A stretch of 64,000 nt of DNA from an uncultured Verrucomicrobiota bacterium (GCA_945834475.1 CAMAHK010000003.1:900-64899), one strand, 5' to 3'; positions 1 to 9,088 are shown, counted from the stretch's first letter. Notes: generated by a model from the sequence alone, not told the origin. Translations and numbers: made by a program.

Positions 1-739
1 ACGACTGCGTCTCGCCCCGCTCGTTCTGCCAGCGCACGACATAGCCCCACGGACACATCGTGTAGCAGCAGATGTCCGGCCCGAGTCCGCACGAGCGCGC
101 GAACGCGACGTACGCGTCAAAGATCGAATAGTCGAACTGCCAGGTTCCGTCGTCCTTCTTGATCCGGCCAATCATCGTGCCATACGCGTCATAGCACTGA
201 TGGTCCCACGCCTCGGGCAGGATCGTCGTCGTAATCGTCTTCTGTCCGGCCGTCGCCAGAAGCTCCCAGACGGGACGCATCCGGCGGTAATGTTCAGGCG
301 AGAACGGCGCCACGCCGAAATAGCGGGAGACCGCCCACGGGTGCTGCCAGAGATCGAGGAAGTACTTCCAGTCCTTCGCCGGCGGCAGAACCCGATCGAC
401 GACACGGATATTCATGAGTCCGCACGCATAAATACCGGGCTTTGCATCGGCCGGCACGGACACCTCCACGACGCGCGGACCGTCCCCGTCCTTGCCCCAG
501 ACGACACGGTCATAGGCCTCGAGCCGCTTGAGACTCTTCACCCTCGGCGCGTACTTCACCGTCTCCAAGACGCCCACGCGCACGCCGATGCCGTCCGGCG
601 CATCCCCGAGCTCGGCGAAGTCCTCGACCAGCGCCGCGACCGTCTCGCCACGCCACGCCGCAATTTCAAAGGTCCGTGCCTGAAGTGTAAAAGATCCCGC
701 GAGAGCGACGAGCGACACCACCTGCTTGCTGATACTCAT
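1..739 (-). CDS. Secreted DUF4091/GH123-like glycoside-hydrolase family protein, N-terminal part (gene runs off the left edge)
   Basis: Not in the ORF track because it is open at the window edge. My translation from the ATG at 739 gives MSISKQVVSLVALAGSFTLQA (signal-like) ... KDWKYFLDLWQHPWAVSRYFGV ... TILPEAWDHQCYDAYG ... CYTMCPWGY, with no stop down to base 1. A GGGGA SD-like sequence lies upstream. The family call is from memory of DUF4091 motifs. Confidence 0.5.
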   Translation of the reverse strand, partial: MSISKQVVSLVALAGSFTLQARTFEIAAWRGETVAALVEDFAELGDAPDGIGVRVGVLETVKYAPRVKSLKRLEAYDRVVWGKDGDGPRVVEVSVPADAKPGIYACGLMNIRVVDRVLPPAKDWKYFLDLWQHPWAVSRYFGVAPFSPEHYRRMRPVWELLATAGQKTITTTILPEAWDHQCYDAYGTMIGRIKKDDGTWQFDYSIFDAYVAFARSCGLGPDICCYTMCPWGYVVRWQNERGETQS

Positions 740-754
740 TTTGACGAATCCCCC

Positions 755-2566
755 TTAATGTTCCTTGATCGTGCCCTTCAGGACGGCGATGAATGCCGAC
801 TGTGGCACGTTGACATGACCGAATTCCTTCATGCGCGCCTTGCCGCGCTTCTGTTTCTCGAGAACCTTCATCTTGCGCGTCACGTCGCCGCCGTAGAGCT
901 TGGCGAGAACGTCCTTGCGGAACGGACGGATGTCTTCGCGCGCAATGATCTCGCGGCCGATCGCGGCCTGCACCGGAATCTTGAACTGGTGCGGCGGAAT
1001 CGTGTCGGCGAGCGCCTTGCACATCTGGATACCGCGGTTGCGGGCTTTGTCACGGTGAACCATCGTCGCAAACGCGTCGACCGTCTCGCCGTTAAGAAGA
1101 ATGTCCATCTTCACGATGTCCGAGACCTGATAGCCCGCCGGTTCGTAGTCCATCGACGCATAGCCGTGCGAAATGGACTTGAGCGTGTCATGGAAGTCGA
1201 TCAGGATCTCGTTGAGCGGCAGCTTGCAGTGGAGCATCACGCGCTTCGCGTCGATCGTCTCCGTCCCTTCCACAAAGCCGCGGCGATCCATCACGACGCG
1301 CATCACATCGCCAATCGACTCGGACGGCGTGATGATGCGCGCTTCGAGAATCGGCTCGGAAATCGTCTCGAGAACGGACGGATCGGGCATCTGGAGCGGA
1401 TTGTCGAGTTCCTTCTCCTCGCCGTTCTTGAGCTTGAGCTTGTAAACGACGCCTGGGGCCGTTGAGATGATGTCGAGACCGAACTCGCGGCGGAGACGCT
1501 CCTGAACGATCTCCATGTGGAGAAGCCCGAGGAAGCCGCAGCGGAAGCCGAAGCCGAGCGCGAGGGACGACTCGTGGTGGAAAGTGAAGGCAGAATCGTT
1601 GAGATGAAGCTTTTCAAGCCCCGCCTCGACTTTCTGGAATTCGTCCGTCGACATGGGGTAGATGCCGCAGAAAACCGTCGGACGCAGTTCCTGGAAACCG
1701 GGTAGCGCCTCGGTCGCGCCGAGCTTCTGCGTCGTCACCGTATCGCCGATCTTAATCTCGCTCGGATCCTTCACCGTGCCGACGATGTAGCCGACTTCGC
1801 CCGCGGTGAGCGCGTCGACCGGCTTTTTCGTCGGCGAGAAGATGCCGACCTCATGCACCGTCGTCGTGACGCCAGACCCCATGAACTTCACGGTCTGGCC
1901 CGCCGCAAGCGAGCCGTCCATCACGCGCACATACGTGATCACGCCGCGGAACTCGTCGAAGACCGAGTCAAAGACGAGTGCGCGAAGCGGCGCGTCGGTG
2001 CCCTTCGTCTCGGGCGGCGGAATGCGCTTGACGATTGCTTCGAGAACATCAGGGCATCCGACACCCGTCTTCGCCGAAACGAGCAGCGGATCGTCCATCG
2101 GAATCGCGAGAATGTCCTCGACTTCGCGCGAAACCTCCTTCACGTCCGCACCCGGGAGATCGACCTTGTTGAGGACCGGCACGATCTCGAGCTGCGCGTC
2201 TTGCGCGAAATAGGTGTTCGCGACCGTCTGCGCCTCGACGCCCTGCGCGGCGTCGACGACGAGGAGCGCCCCTTCGCACGCGCCCATCGAACGGGAGACC
2301 TCGTAGGCGAAATCGACGTGGCCGGGCGTGTCGAGGAGATTGAAGAGATACGTCTTCCCGTCCTTCGCCGTGTAGTGCATCGACACCGGATGGGATTTGA
2401 TGGTAATGCCGCGTTCGCGCTCGAGGTCCATCGCGTCCAGCGTCTGTTCCTTCAGTTCGCGCGCACTGATGGCGTTGGTGAGTTCGAGAATGCGATCCGA
2501 CAGCGTCGTCTTGCCGTGGTCAACGTGGGCGATGATGCAGAAATTGCGGATGTGGTCAAGCGTCAT
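755..2566 (-). CDS. lepA: Elongation factor 4 (LepA)
   Basis: 603-aa ORF with ATG start. It has the GTPase motifs AHVDHGKTT, DTPGHVDF and NKVD and a LepA-type C-terminal region. Confidence 0.97.
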   Translation of the reverse strand: MTLDHIRNFCIIAHVDHGKTTLSDRILELTNAISARELKEQTLDAMDLERERGITIKSHPVSMHYTAKDGKTYLFNLLDTPGHVDFAYEVSRSMGACEGALLVVDAAQGVEAQTVANTYFAQDAQLEIVPVLNKVDLPGADVKEVSREVEDILAIPMDDPLLVSAKTGVGCPDVLEAIVKRIPPPETKGTDAPLRALVFDSVFDEFRGVITYVRVMDGSLAAGQTVKFMGSGVTTTVHEVGIFSPTKKPVDALTAGEVGYIVGTVKDPSEIKIGDTVTTQKLGATEALPGFQELRPTVFCGIYPMSTDEFQKVEAGLEKLHLNDSAFTFHHESSLALGFGFRCGFLGLLHMEIVQERLRREFGLDIISTAPGVVYKLKLKNGEEKELDNPLQMPDPSVLETISEPILEARIITPSESIGDVMRVVMDRRGFVEGTETIDAKRVMLHCKLPLNEILIDFHDTLKSISHGYASMDYEPAGYQVSDIVKMDILLNGETVDAFATMVHRDKARNRGIQMCKALADTIPPHQFKIPVQAAIGREIIAREDIRPFRKDVLAKLYGGDVTRKMKVLEKQKRGKARMKEFGHVNVPQSAFIAVLKGTIKEH

Positions 2567-2571
2567 GTTGA

Positions 2572-3432
2572 TTAGAACAAGGGCTTCGATCCCGAGTTAT
2601 TGATAAGGCTCTTGAACTTCTTGTCTTCCTGCCACTTCGCCTTGCGACGCTGCAACTTGAGGTAGTCAATTTTGTTCGCGTAAAGGTCGGCGCAGATCGG
2701 CGGCGTCAGATAGACCAGGCCTGCGGCTCGGGCTGCGGCAAGCACGTCGTCTGCGGAAGTGCTCTGTTTAAGGATATCCGGAAGCGCGGACAGAACCTGC
2801 TCGGCCGAATGCGTATCAGCAGACACACGCGCATAGCGGTCGCCGAAGATAAGAATGCCACCCTTGAGAAGCGTGGCGTTAAGGTCGGTCCGTATTTTGT
2901 TGACTCGAGCGACAAGAGCCTTGGCGGCATCGTTCATGACGAAATCGCCGTCCAGCACATACGAAACGGTTGTCGTCGGCTTCGGGGGACGCTTTTTGGC
3001 GACTTTTTTCTTCTTGGTCGGCTTCTTCACGGCCTTCTTGGCCGGCTTCGGATCGTCGTCAAAGAGGTCGTCGAGCGAGCTATAGGTGTCATCCTCTTCT
3101 TCCTCCTCTTCCTCGACCTCCGGCTCCGGTTCGGGTTCGGCCGCCGCCGGCGTGGACTCCGTCTTCGTGACCTTCACGCCGGACTGCGTCTTGAGGAAGT
3201 CCGACCAGTCAACGATCTGACCGATGACCGGCGTGCCATTGATCCGGATTCCCGTGCCCCAACGTTCGACAACATACGGCGGCTCAAGGTACTTACCGTT
3301 GATAAACACGAGGCCTTCGGAGAAAGCCCGTCCCCTCGACACCCCCAAAGCCTTGCCGCTCGCCTTCGGAATCTCAATCGCCGAAGCAATCGAAATCACC
3401 ATCGCCGCCAGTACCATCAGAATTGTCCGCAT
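2572..3432 (-). CDS. Secreted hypothetical protein with an acidic/lysine-rich low-complexity linker
   Basis: The track ORF starts at a TTG at 3435. I prefer the ATG at 3432 (MRTILMVLAAMVISIASA, signal-like), which has a GGAAGGA SD. The linker reads EPEPEPEVEEEEEEEDD ... KKAVKKPTKKKKVAKKRPPK. I recognise no family. Confidence 0.6.
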   Translation of the reverse strand: MRTILMVLAAMVISIASAIEIPKASGKALGVSRGRAFSEGLVFINGKYLEPPYVVERWGTGIRINGTPVIGQIVDWSDFLKTQSGVKVTKTESTPAAAEPEPEPEVEEEEEEEDDTYSSLDDLFDDDPKPAKKAVKKPTKKKKVAKKRPPKPTTTVSYVLDGDFVMNDAAKALVARVNKIRTDLNATLLKGGILIFGDRYARVSADTHSAEQVLSALPDILKQSTSADDVLAAARAAGLVYLTPPICADLYANKIDYLKLQRRKAKWQEDKKFKSLINNSGSKPLF

Positions 3433-3450
3433 CAATCCAAATCCTTCCTC

Positions 3451-3482
3451 GCTTATCGCTAATCACTTATCGCTTATCGCTT
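3451..3482. repeat. GCTTATCGCT-type short tandem repeat in the 5' region of the gene at 2572-3432
   Basis: GCTTATCGCTAATCACTTATCGCTTATCGCTT. It is related to the GATAAGTG array at 15121 but in the opposite orientation relative to its gene. Confidence 0.7.
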
Positions 3483-3552
3483 AAAAAGTCCCACATTGCC
3501 GTAGTGTCGAGTCCTCGGAACCCAAGTTCCAAACCGGTGGGCTTGCGCCCCC

Positions 3553-3581
3553 TATTTAAAATGTCGGCCGAGAAATGTCAA
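3553..3581 (-). promoter_or_regulatory. Candidate sigma70-type promoter (TTGACA-17 nt-TAAATA) for the gene at 2572-3432
   Basis: The minus strand reads TTGACATTTCTCGGCCGACATTTTAAATA in the 180-nt pheT-downstream spacer. Confidence 0.35.
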
Positions 3582-3615
3582 CTGAATCCGCGAGCAACAC
3601 AGGACCCACGCTTTC

Positions 3616-6081
3616 TTAACTCTCGCGGACTTCGACGCCGGCCGTCCCCTTCAGCGCATCGACGATACGCTGGAAGACCCGTCCGACCTCGTCATCCGTC
3701 AACGTCTTCTCGGCCGAGCGGAACTCGAGCGAGTAGGCGCGAGACGTCTTGAAGATATCAAAGAGCATCACCTTTGTCAACTCCTTGCCGCCGTTCTTGC
3801 GGATGACGTCCACGACCTGGTCGTTCGTGACACCCGTGCCGACGGTGATCGCGATGTCACGCTTCACCGACGGGAACTGCGGAACCGGCGAGACGCGACC
3901 CGTCTCGTTCGTCTTCTTGAGCAGCATCTTCGCCTCAAGCTCGCAGAGTGCCATCTGCGTCGTCAGACGGAACGGATGGCGAAGCTTCGCCGAGACCGCG
4001 CCGAGAACGCCGATCGTCTTGCCGTTGAGCTTGACCGAAAGCGCCGCCGCGAAGGCGGAATGGTCAACGGGCGCAAACTCGACGCGCCCCGCATGGAGCT
4101 TCGCGATGAGTTCCTCGACAATGCCCTTCATCCAAAGGACCGCTTCCTCTTCCGTCACCGCCGCGCGACGGCGAAGCGCCTCGCGTCCCACGGGACCGAC
4201 AAGACCGAGGGAGAGCATCTCCTTCTCGCAGGGAATGGAAGTCGGCGCCGTGTTTTGCTGGTCAACGCCGCGGCCGGGGACGGCTCGCGGTACGGTGTAG
4301 AACACCTTGCCCAATTCGAAGAGCATCGCCGACTCCTCGTGCGCCGCGTTGCGGCCGAGGGTCTGGTAGAGCTGCGGCAGCAGGCTGTCGCGCATGACAC
4401 CGTATTCCGCCGAGACGGGATCGGGAATGATGAGACGCGTGTCGCTCGCCCCCGCGAAGTCCTTGAGCTCCTTCTCCGAGAGGAACGAATAGTGCATCGC
4501 CTCCGAGAAGCCAAGCCCCATCGCAATCTCGCGCACCTTCGCCTTCGCGCGGAACGGTGCGTCGGAAAGCGGCGAGACGGACGGCGCGGACGGCATCGTA
4601 TCGGGAATGTTGTCGAGCCCGTAGAGACGTGCGATCTCCTCGACGAGATCGGCCTCCATCGTCAAATCCCAGCGCCAGGACGGAATCTCGAACGCAACGG
4701 ACTTCTCCGCCGCAAAACGGTCGAGCGTCGACAGCACCTTGAGGCCCAGCGACTGCAGGATGAACACCATCGCGTCGTTGCCGATGTCGATGCCGATCAG
4801 CTTGCGCGCGCGGTCAAAGTCGAGCGTGACGGGCTCGTTGGTGCCGTGCTCGCCCTTCACGCGATTGTCGATGTCAACGAGGCCCTTCGCGATCTTCGCG
4901 TGGCCGTACTGCTGCAGGAGGTGCGCGGCACGACGCGAAGCCGTGTCGGCGATGTCCTTGTCGACGCCGCGGATGTAACGGTAGGAGGATTCGCTGCCAA
5001 GGCCGAGCGTCGTCGCCGTCGCCTTGATCGTCGTCGGCTCGAAGAGTGCGCTCTCGAGCATCACCGTCTTCGTGCCGGGCGCAATGCCCGAGTTCTCGCC
5101 GCCCATCACACCCGCGACGGCGTTCGGCTTCTCGGCATCGCAGATGACGAGCATTGACGGATCGAGCTTGCGCTCGACGCCGTCCAGCGTCATCATCTTC
5201 TCGCCTTCCTTCGCGTCGCGCACGACGATCGTACGGTCCTTCAGCGTCGTGTGGTCAAAGGCATGCATCGGCGCACCGAGCTCGAGCATCACGTAGTTCG
5301 TGACGTCGACCGCAAGACCGAGCGAACGGACGCCGCAGAGCTCGAGGCGCTTGGCCATCCAGTCCGGACTCGGCGCATCGGGCGTCATCTCGGTGACGAC
5401 GCGGGCGGTGTACCGGAGGCACTTCGCGGGATTCTCAACAACGACCTTGACCTCCGAGTTGACGTCCGTCGCCTCTTCGGTGAAGTCGGTCGGCGGGAGC
5501 GTCAGCGGACGGTTCAGGATCGCCGCGTATTCGCGGGCGAGGCCGACGATCGAGAGCGCGTCGGGACGGTTCCACGTCACTTCAATATCAAAGACGACCT
5601 CGGGCTTCTCGAGCTTCGCAATGTCACGGACGAGCGCGCCGGTCGGGGTTTCCGCCGGATACTCGATGATGCCGTCCGCACCCTGGCCGATGTGGAGTTC
5701 CTTCTCGGAGCAGCACATGCCGTTGGACTCAACGCCGCGGAGCTTGCCCTTCTTGATCTTGAACTCGCCTTCGGGGATCAGCGCGCCGATCTTCGCGAAC
5801 GCCGTCTTGATGCCCTTGCGCATGTTCGGCGCACCGCAGACGACCTGATACTCGGTCGTGCCGTCCGTCACCTTGCAGACCTGGAGGTGATCCGAATTCG
5901 GATGCGCCTCGCATTCGAGAACCTCGACGACGACAATGAGATCCGAGAGCGGATCGCCGCCGACCGTGTCGATGGACTCCACCTGGAGTCCCGCACGCGT
6001 CAGCTTCTCCGCCAGTTCCTTCGGGTCGATGTCATCGACCTTCACATAATCATTCAGCCACGACAGGGGCAACTTCATCAT
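3616..6081 (-). CDS. pheT: Phenylalanine--tRNA ligase beta subunit
   Basis: 821-aa ORF with N-terminal MMKLPLSWLNDYV, a tRNA-binding domain, and B3/4, B5 and FDX-ACB-like regions. The alternative start at 6078 is equally possible. It carries a solo repeat arm at 4267-4293. Confidence 0.95.
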   Translation of the reverse strand: MMKLPLSWLNDYVKVDDIDPKELAEKLTRAGLQVESIDTVGGDPLSDLIVVVEVLECEAHPNSDHLQVCKVTDGTTEYQVVCGAPNMRKGIKTAFAKIGALIPEGEFKIKKGKLRGVESNGMCCSEKELHIGQGADGIIEYPAETPTGALVRDIAKLEKPEVVFDIEVTWNRPDALSIVGLAREYAAILNRPLTLPPTDFTEEATDVNSEVKVVVENPAKCLRYTARVVTEMTPDAPSPDWMAKRLELCGVRSLGLAVDVTNYVMLELGAPMHAFDHTTLKDRTIVVRDAKEGEKMMTLDGVERKLDPSMLVICDAEKPNAVAGVMGGENSGIAPGTKTVMLESALFEPTTIKATATTLGLGSESSYRYIRGVDKDIADTASRRAAHLLQQYGHAKIAKGLVDIDNRVKGEHGTNEPVTLDFDRARKLIGIDIGNDAMVFILQSLGLKVLSTLDRFAAEKSVAFEIPSWRWDLTMEADLVEEIARLYGLDNIPDTMPSAPSVSPLSDAPFRAKAKVREIAMGLGFSEAMHYSFLSEKELKDFAGASDTRLIIPDPVSAEYGVMRDSLLPQLYQTLGRNAAHEESAMLFELGKVFYTVPRAVPGRGVDQQNTAPTSIPCEKEMLSLGLVGPVGREALRRRAAVTEEEAVLWMKGIVEELIAKLHAGRVEFAPVDHSAFAAALSVKLNGKTIGVLGAVSAKLRHPFRLTTQMALCELEAKMLLKKTNETGRVSPVPQFPSVKRDIAITVGTGVTNDQVVDVIRKNGGKELTKVMLFDIFKTSRAYSLEFRSAEKTLTDDEVGRVFQRIVDALKGTAGVEVRES
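4267..4293. repeat. Class-1 palindromic element, solo arm (in pheT)
   Basis: GCCGCGGCCGGGGACGGCTCGCGGTAC matches the right arm of the argS copy at 25 of 27 positions. It is translated as TVPRAVPGRG. Confidence 0.6.
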
Positions 6082-7555
6082 TCTTCTCCTCTTCAGAAAT
6101 CAAATTCGTACCGTCGTGCGTCCCCGCCGACGGCGCGGTAACAGCCGCAACCTCAGTCTCCTCCGTTTCAGCGCCGCGGGCGAGACGCACCGCGGTACGG
6201 TCTTCGGCCTTCCGCTTCTTCCACTGCGGACCGTACTTCGGATTCTTCTCGACAGCCGAGTAGACGCCGTTCGTAAACGAGACCGCATGACCCGTCGAGA
6301 CGAGCCACTGGAGGTGCTTCTCAAAGTCCGCAATCTCCGCCGGGAACTCCGACTTGTCAAGGCACGGATGCGCATCGAGATACTTCGAAACGGCCGCGAG
6401 CTCGGGAATCGCGTGCTCGGCGTCAAACGGCTTCAATTCGGCCGCGACGACAAACTCGGGACCACGCGCCTCGTTCGCACGGAAGATATTGAGCTTGCGG
6501 TGATGGAATGCGCCGCGGAGAGCGTAGATCATCGCGTACGGTGCGCGGCGTTCGGCCGCAATCGCGTCGTTGACCGCCCAGACGAGCGGCTTCGCCGGCG
6601 ACGTCGCCGCGACGCTCGCCTTGATCATGAGGTGCTTCGGCTTGTCGACAAGCGACGGCAGGACGACACGCTTGAACTCGCCCTCGGCCTGTTCACGCGT
6701 CAGTTGCGCCGCGCCTTCGGTCTCGGCCTCGCCCTTGTGGAAGAAGACCGTCTTCTTGACCGCGCTCGCCCGCCACGCTTCGATGGACTCCGTATCCCGC
6801 ACCATCTCGATGCGGGAGCGATAGTCCGCCTCGGACATGTTCGGATACTTCGTGCGGATCATCTTCTTGACGACCGCGTTGAACTCATGGATGTTCGGCG
6901 GCCCCAAGAGGATGCCCGAAAGCCCGCACTTCGCGACGCACGTGAAATTGCCCTTCGGCGGCTCGCAGTCGATCTCCTTCGCATCGTAGTACTCGCCGAG
7001 ATGCGCCGAGAGGACGTGTTCGAGAACATCCTCTTCCTTCGTGGACGCAAAACCGCAGACTTTACACTGATAAAAAGAGGTTGAGGTCGAAGGTTGAGGT
7101 TGAGAACCCTGTGGAGCCTTAGGAGAAATCTTCAGGAGGATCGACTCGGGATTGTCGAGGAAGAAGTACGCGAGGTCCTTGAGCTTGTACGCGTGCGTGT
7201 CGCCCTGGATCTTGCGGATGATCGTGCCAAGCGCCTTCGTCTCGGGCAGGATCTTCACTTCGCACGCGAGCGGCTGCGGCTTCTCGAAACTCGGACGGTC
7301 GAAGCGCGGCTTATCGCCAAAAGACTTGCGCGGACGGTCCCCCATCGGCTTGCGCTCGCCAAAGGGCTTTCGGCCCTCGCCAAAGTTCCGACGCGGCTTG
7401 TCGCCACCGCCAAAACCCGAACGCGGCCGATCGTCCTCAACGCGTCCACGGCCGCCCTCGACCGTGACCTTCTCGTCTTTCTTGGCCCAAGCCGGCGTAA
7501 AGTCAAACGCCCCCAGAGAACCCAAGTCAATCGCATTAGTCTTTTCTTCGCTCAT
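6050..7555 (-). CDS. Hypothetical protein with an Arg/Gly/Pro-rich N-terminus and one classical C2H2 zinc finger
   Basis: I prefer the internal ATG at 7555 (MSEEKTNAIDL). The RG-rich stretch reads GGGDKPRRNFGEGRKPFGERKPMGDRPRKSFGDKPRFDRP. The finger is YQCKVCGFASTKEEDVLEHVLSAH (about 7001-7066). The 3' end overlaps the pheT start by about 30 nt. Confidence 0.7.
   Translation of the reverse strand: MSEEKTNAIDLGSLGAFDFTPAWAKKDEKVTVEGGRGRVEDDRPRSGFGGGDKPRRNFGEGRKPFGERKPMGDRPRKSFGDKPRFDRPSFEKPQPLACEVKILPETKALGTIIRKIQGDTHAYKLKDLAYFFLDNPESILLKISPKAPQGSQPQPSTSTSFYQCKVCGFASTKEEDVLEHVLSAHLGEYYDAKEIDCEPPKGNFTCVAKCGLSGILLGPPNIHEFNAVVKKMIRTKYPNMSEADYRSRIEMVRDTESIEAWRASAVKKTVFFHKGEAETEGAAQLTREQAEGEFKRVVLPSLVDKPKHLMIKASVAATSPAKPLVWAVNDAIAAERRAPYAMIYALRGAFHHRKLNIFRANEARGPEFVVAAELKPFDAEHAIPELAAVSKYLDAHPCLDKSEFPAEIADFEKHLQWLVSTGHAVSFTNGVYSAVEKNPKYGPQWKKRKAEDRTAVRLARGAETEETEVAAVTAPSAGTHDGTNLISEEEKNDEVAPVVAE
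6108..6198. repeat. Class-1 palindromic element, 91-bp doublet (in the C2H2 protein gene)
   Basis: GTACCGTCGTGCGTCCCCGCC ... GCCGCGGGCGAGACGCACCGCGGTAC. The spacer (GGCGCGGTAACAGCCG ... CTCCGTTTCAGCGCC) resembles the spacer of the 92-bp subfamily. It is translated as RTAVRLARGAETEETEVAAVTAPSAGTHDGT. Confidence 0.8.
7077..7104. repeat. GAGGTT-type simple repeat inside the C2H2 protein gene
   Basis: GAGGTTGAGGTCGAAGGTTGAGGTTGAG on the plus strand, translated on the minus strand as QPQPSTSTS. Confidence 0.7.
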
Positions 7556-7564
7556 AACCTGTAT

Positions 7565-7573
7565 ATTATAGCA
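7565..7573 (-). promoter_or_regulatory. Extended -10 box TGCTATAAT, 9 nt upstream of the ATG at 7555
   Basis: The minus strand reads TGCTATAATATACAGGTT-ATG with no SD. Confidence 0.5.
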
Positions 7574-7619
7574 CAATCCTGTGCGAGAGTGTCAAAGTAG
7601 ACGCAAGTCTCATCTTACG

Positions 7620-7802
7620 TCAGCCACCGGAAACGACTCGAAAAATTTCGATTTTTGCATTCTCGACATAGGGGACGGACGCCAGATCGGAGCCTGGCGG
7701 ATAAATCGTTCCCTGATAATCGACGATCGCCGTCTTGAGATCAACGCCCTTCGCGTCCAGAACATCTTTCAGCGAGCGAGCAGCCGTCTTCTCTCCATCC
7801 AT
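7620..7802 (-). CDS. ThiS/MoaD-family ubiquitin-like sulfur-carrier protein (putative)
   Basis: 60-aa ORF ending in ...KIEIFRVVSGG, a C-terminal diglycine. Length and hydrophobic pattern resemble ThiS. A GAGGTG SD lies 7 nt upstream of the ATG. Confidence 0.55.
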   Translation of the reverse strand: MDGEKTAARSLKDVLDAKGVDLKTAIVDYQGTIYPPGSDLASVPYVENAKIEIFRVVSGG

Positions 7803-7850
7803 ATTTTACACCTCATTCTTTGACACTGAAACCATCAGCGATGTAGTATA

Positions 7851-9062
7851 TCAAATTAAGGCGCATCGCGCGCTTGTTGCCGAGACGCGCCAGTCGCCAA
7901 TAAGAAGTCCCCGCGCAAGCCGACCTTCGGCTCCCGTGGGGAACGACTGCGTTTCGAGCCACGCCGCGACTTTCGACGGACTCAGTATGCGGCTTTTGCG
8001 CACTTCCGTCGCCTTGATCTTGTCCCAAGCCTTGTTATAGAGCTCCATCGCCGCGTCATCGAGCGGCTTGATGACATGGCCGTGCTTGATCGTCTCGTCG
8101 TCGAGGACGAGGAGATTGCGGTAGTCCTCGTCGAGTGCGTCAATGCCGGGCTTGACGGGCGACGGCCCCATGATGTACTCCATGTTGACCTTCGCGTTCT
8201 CGCCGTCGTAGACGTAGTTCATGAACGCATACGCAAGGTCCGGATTCGGCGCATCCTTCGCGAGCACCATCTCGTCGAACGCAATCGAGAAGCCCTCCTT
8301 CGGAAGCGCGAAACCGATGTCCTCACGCGGCGCAAGGCCTTCCTCCTCGTCGCCGACGATGACCTGCGTCGTGTCGGTCGAATAGCCGTGGCCGATCCAC
8401 GTCGCGCCCGAGGCGACCTCGGTCTTGTAGCTCTCCGCGTCGAACTTGCGGATGTTCGCGCGCCACTTGAGGACCGTCTCAACGGCCTTCTCGATCTCGG
8501 CCGGATTGGACGACGAACCGCTGAAGCCGTTCACCATAAGGCCCGCGCCGATCACCTCGCGGATGTCATCGAGGAGCGTCACCTTGCCCTTGACCGCCGG
8601 ATTCTCGAGGATCGTCCAGCTGTTGACGTCCGCCCCTTCCGGTACCTTGTCCTTCAAATACATGAAGCCCGTGTACGTCACGGCATACGGCACGTTGTAC
8701 GTGAGCGACGCATCGAGGATCTGGCTCGCGAAGCGCGGATCGAAGTTCGCCTTGACGTTCGGCATCTTCGAATGGTCGAGCTTGACGATGAGGTCTTCCT
8801 TCGCCATCGTCGCGACGAGATACGAGCTCGGCATGATGATGTCGTAGCCCTTGCCGCCCGCCTTGAGCTTCGCGTACATCGTCTCGTTCGAGTCGAACGT
8901 GTCCACGACGACCTTGCAACCGTACTCGGCCTCAAAGCCTTCGATCACCTCGGGGGAGATGTAGTCGCTCCAGGTGTAGATGTGTAGCTCGGGCTTGGAG
9001 TCGCATCCGGCGAACGCGAGGGCCGCCGCAGCGGCAAGAGCGGAGAGTCGGAGGGTCTTCAT
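7851..9062 (-). CDS. potD: Spermidine/putrescine ABC transporter substrate-binding lipoprotein (PotD/PotF-like)
   Basis: Internal ATG at 9062 gives MKTLRLSALAAAAALAFAGCDS (lipobox). It continues ELHIYTWSDYISPEVIEGFEAEYGCKVVVDTFDSNETMYAKLKAGG. An unusual tail of about 50 aa follows WDKIKA. Confidence 0.85.
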   Translation of the reverse strand: MKTLRLSALAAAAALAFAGCDSKPELHIYTWSDYISPEVIEGFEAEYGCKVVVDTFDSNETMYAKLKAGGKGYDIIMPSSYLVATMAKEDLIVKLDHSKMPNVKANFDPRFASQILDASLTYNVPYAVTYTGFMYLKDKVPEGADVNSWTILENPAVKGKVTLLDDIREVIGAGLMVNGFSGSSSNPAEIEKAVETVLKWRANIRKFDAESYKTEVASGATWIGHGYSTDTTQVIVGDEEEGLAPREDIGFALPKEGFSIAFDEMVLAKDAPNPDLAYAFMNYVYDGENAKVNMEYIMGPSPVKPGIDALDEDYRNLLVLDDETIKHGHVIKPLDDAAMELYNKAWDKIKATEVRKSRILSPSKVAAWLETQSFPTGAEGRLARGLLIGDWRVSATSARCALI

Positions 9063-9088
9063 GTTGTCGTGGTTCTTTCGGTTACGTG

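Noticed and set aside
3436-3615. tRNA, rRNA or other classical RNA genes in the larger spacers (3436-3615, 47830-48082 and 53523-53845).
   Set aside because: I could not find cloverleaf-compatible acceptor or T-arm patterns, or conserved SRP, RNase P or tmRNA motifs, by eye. A covariance-model scan would be needed to be sure.
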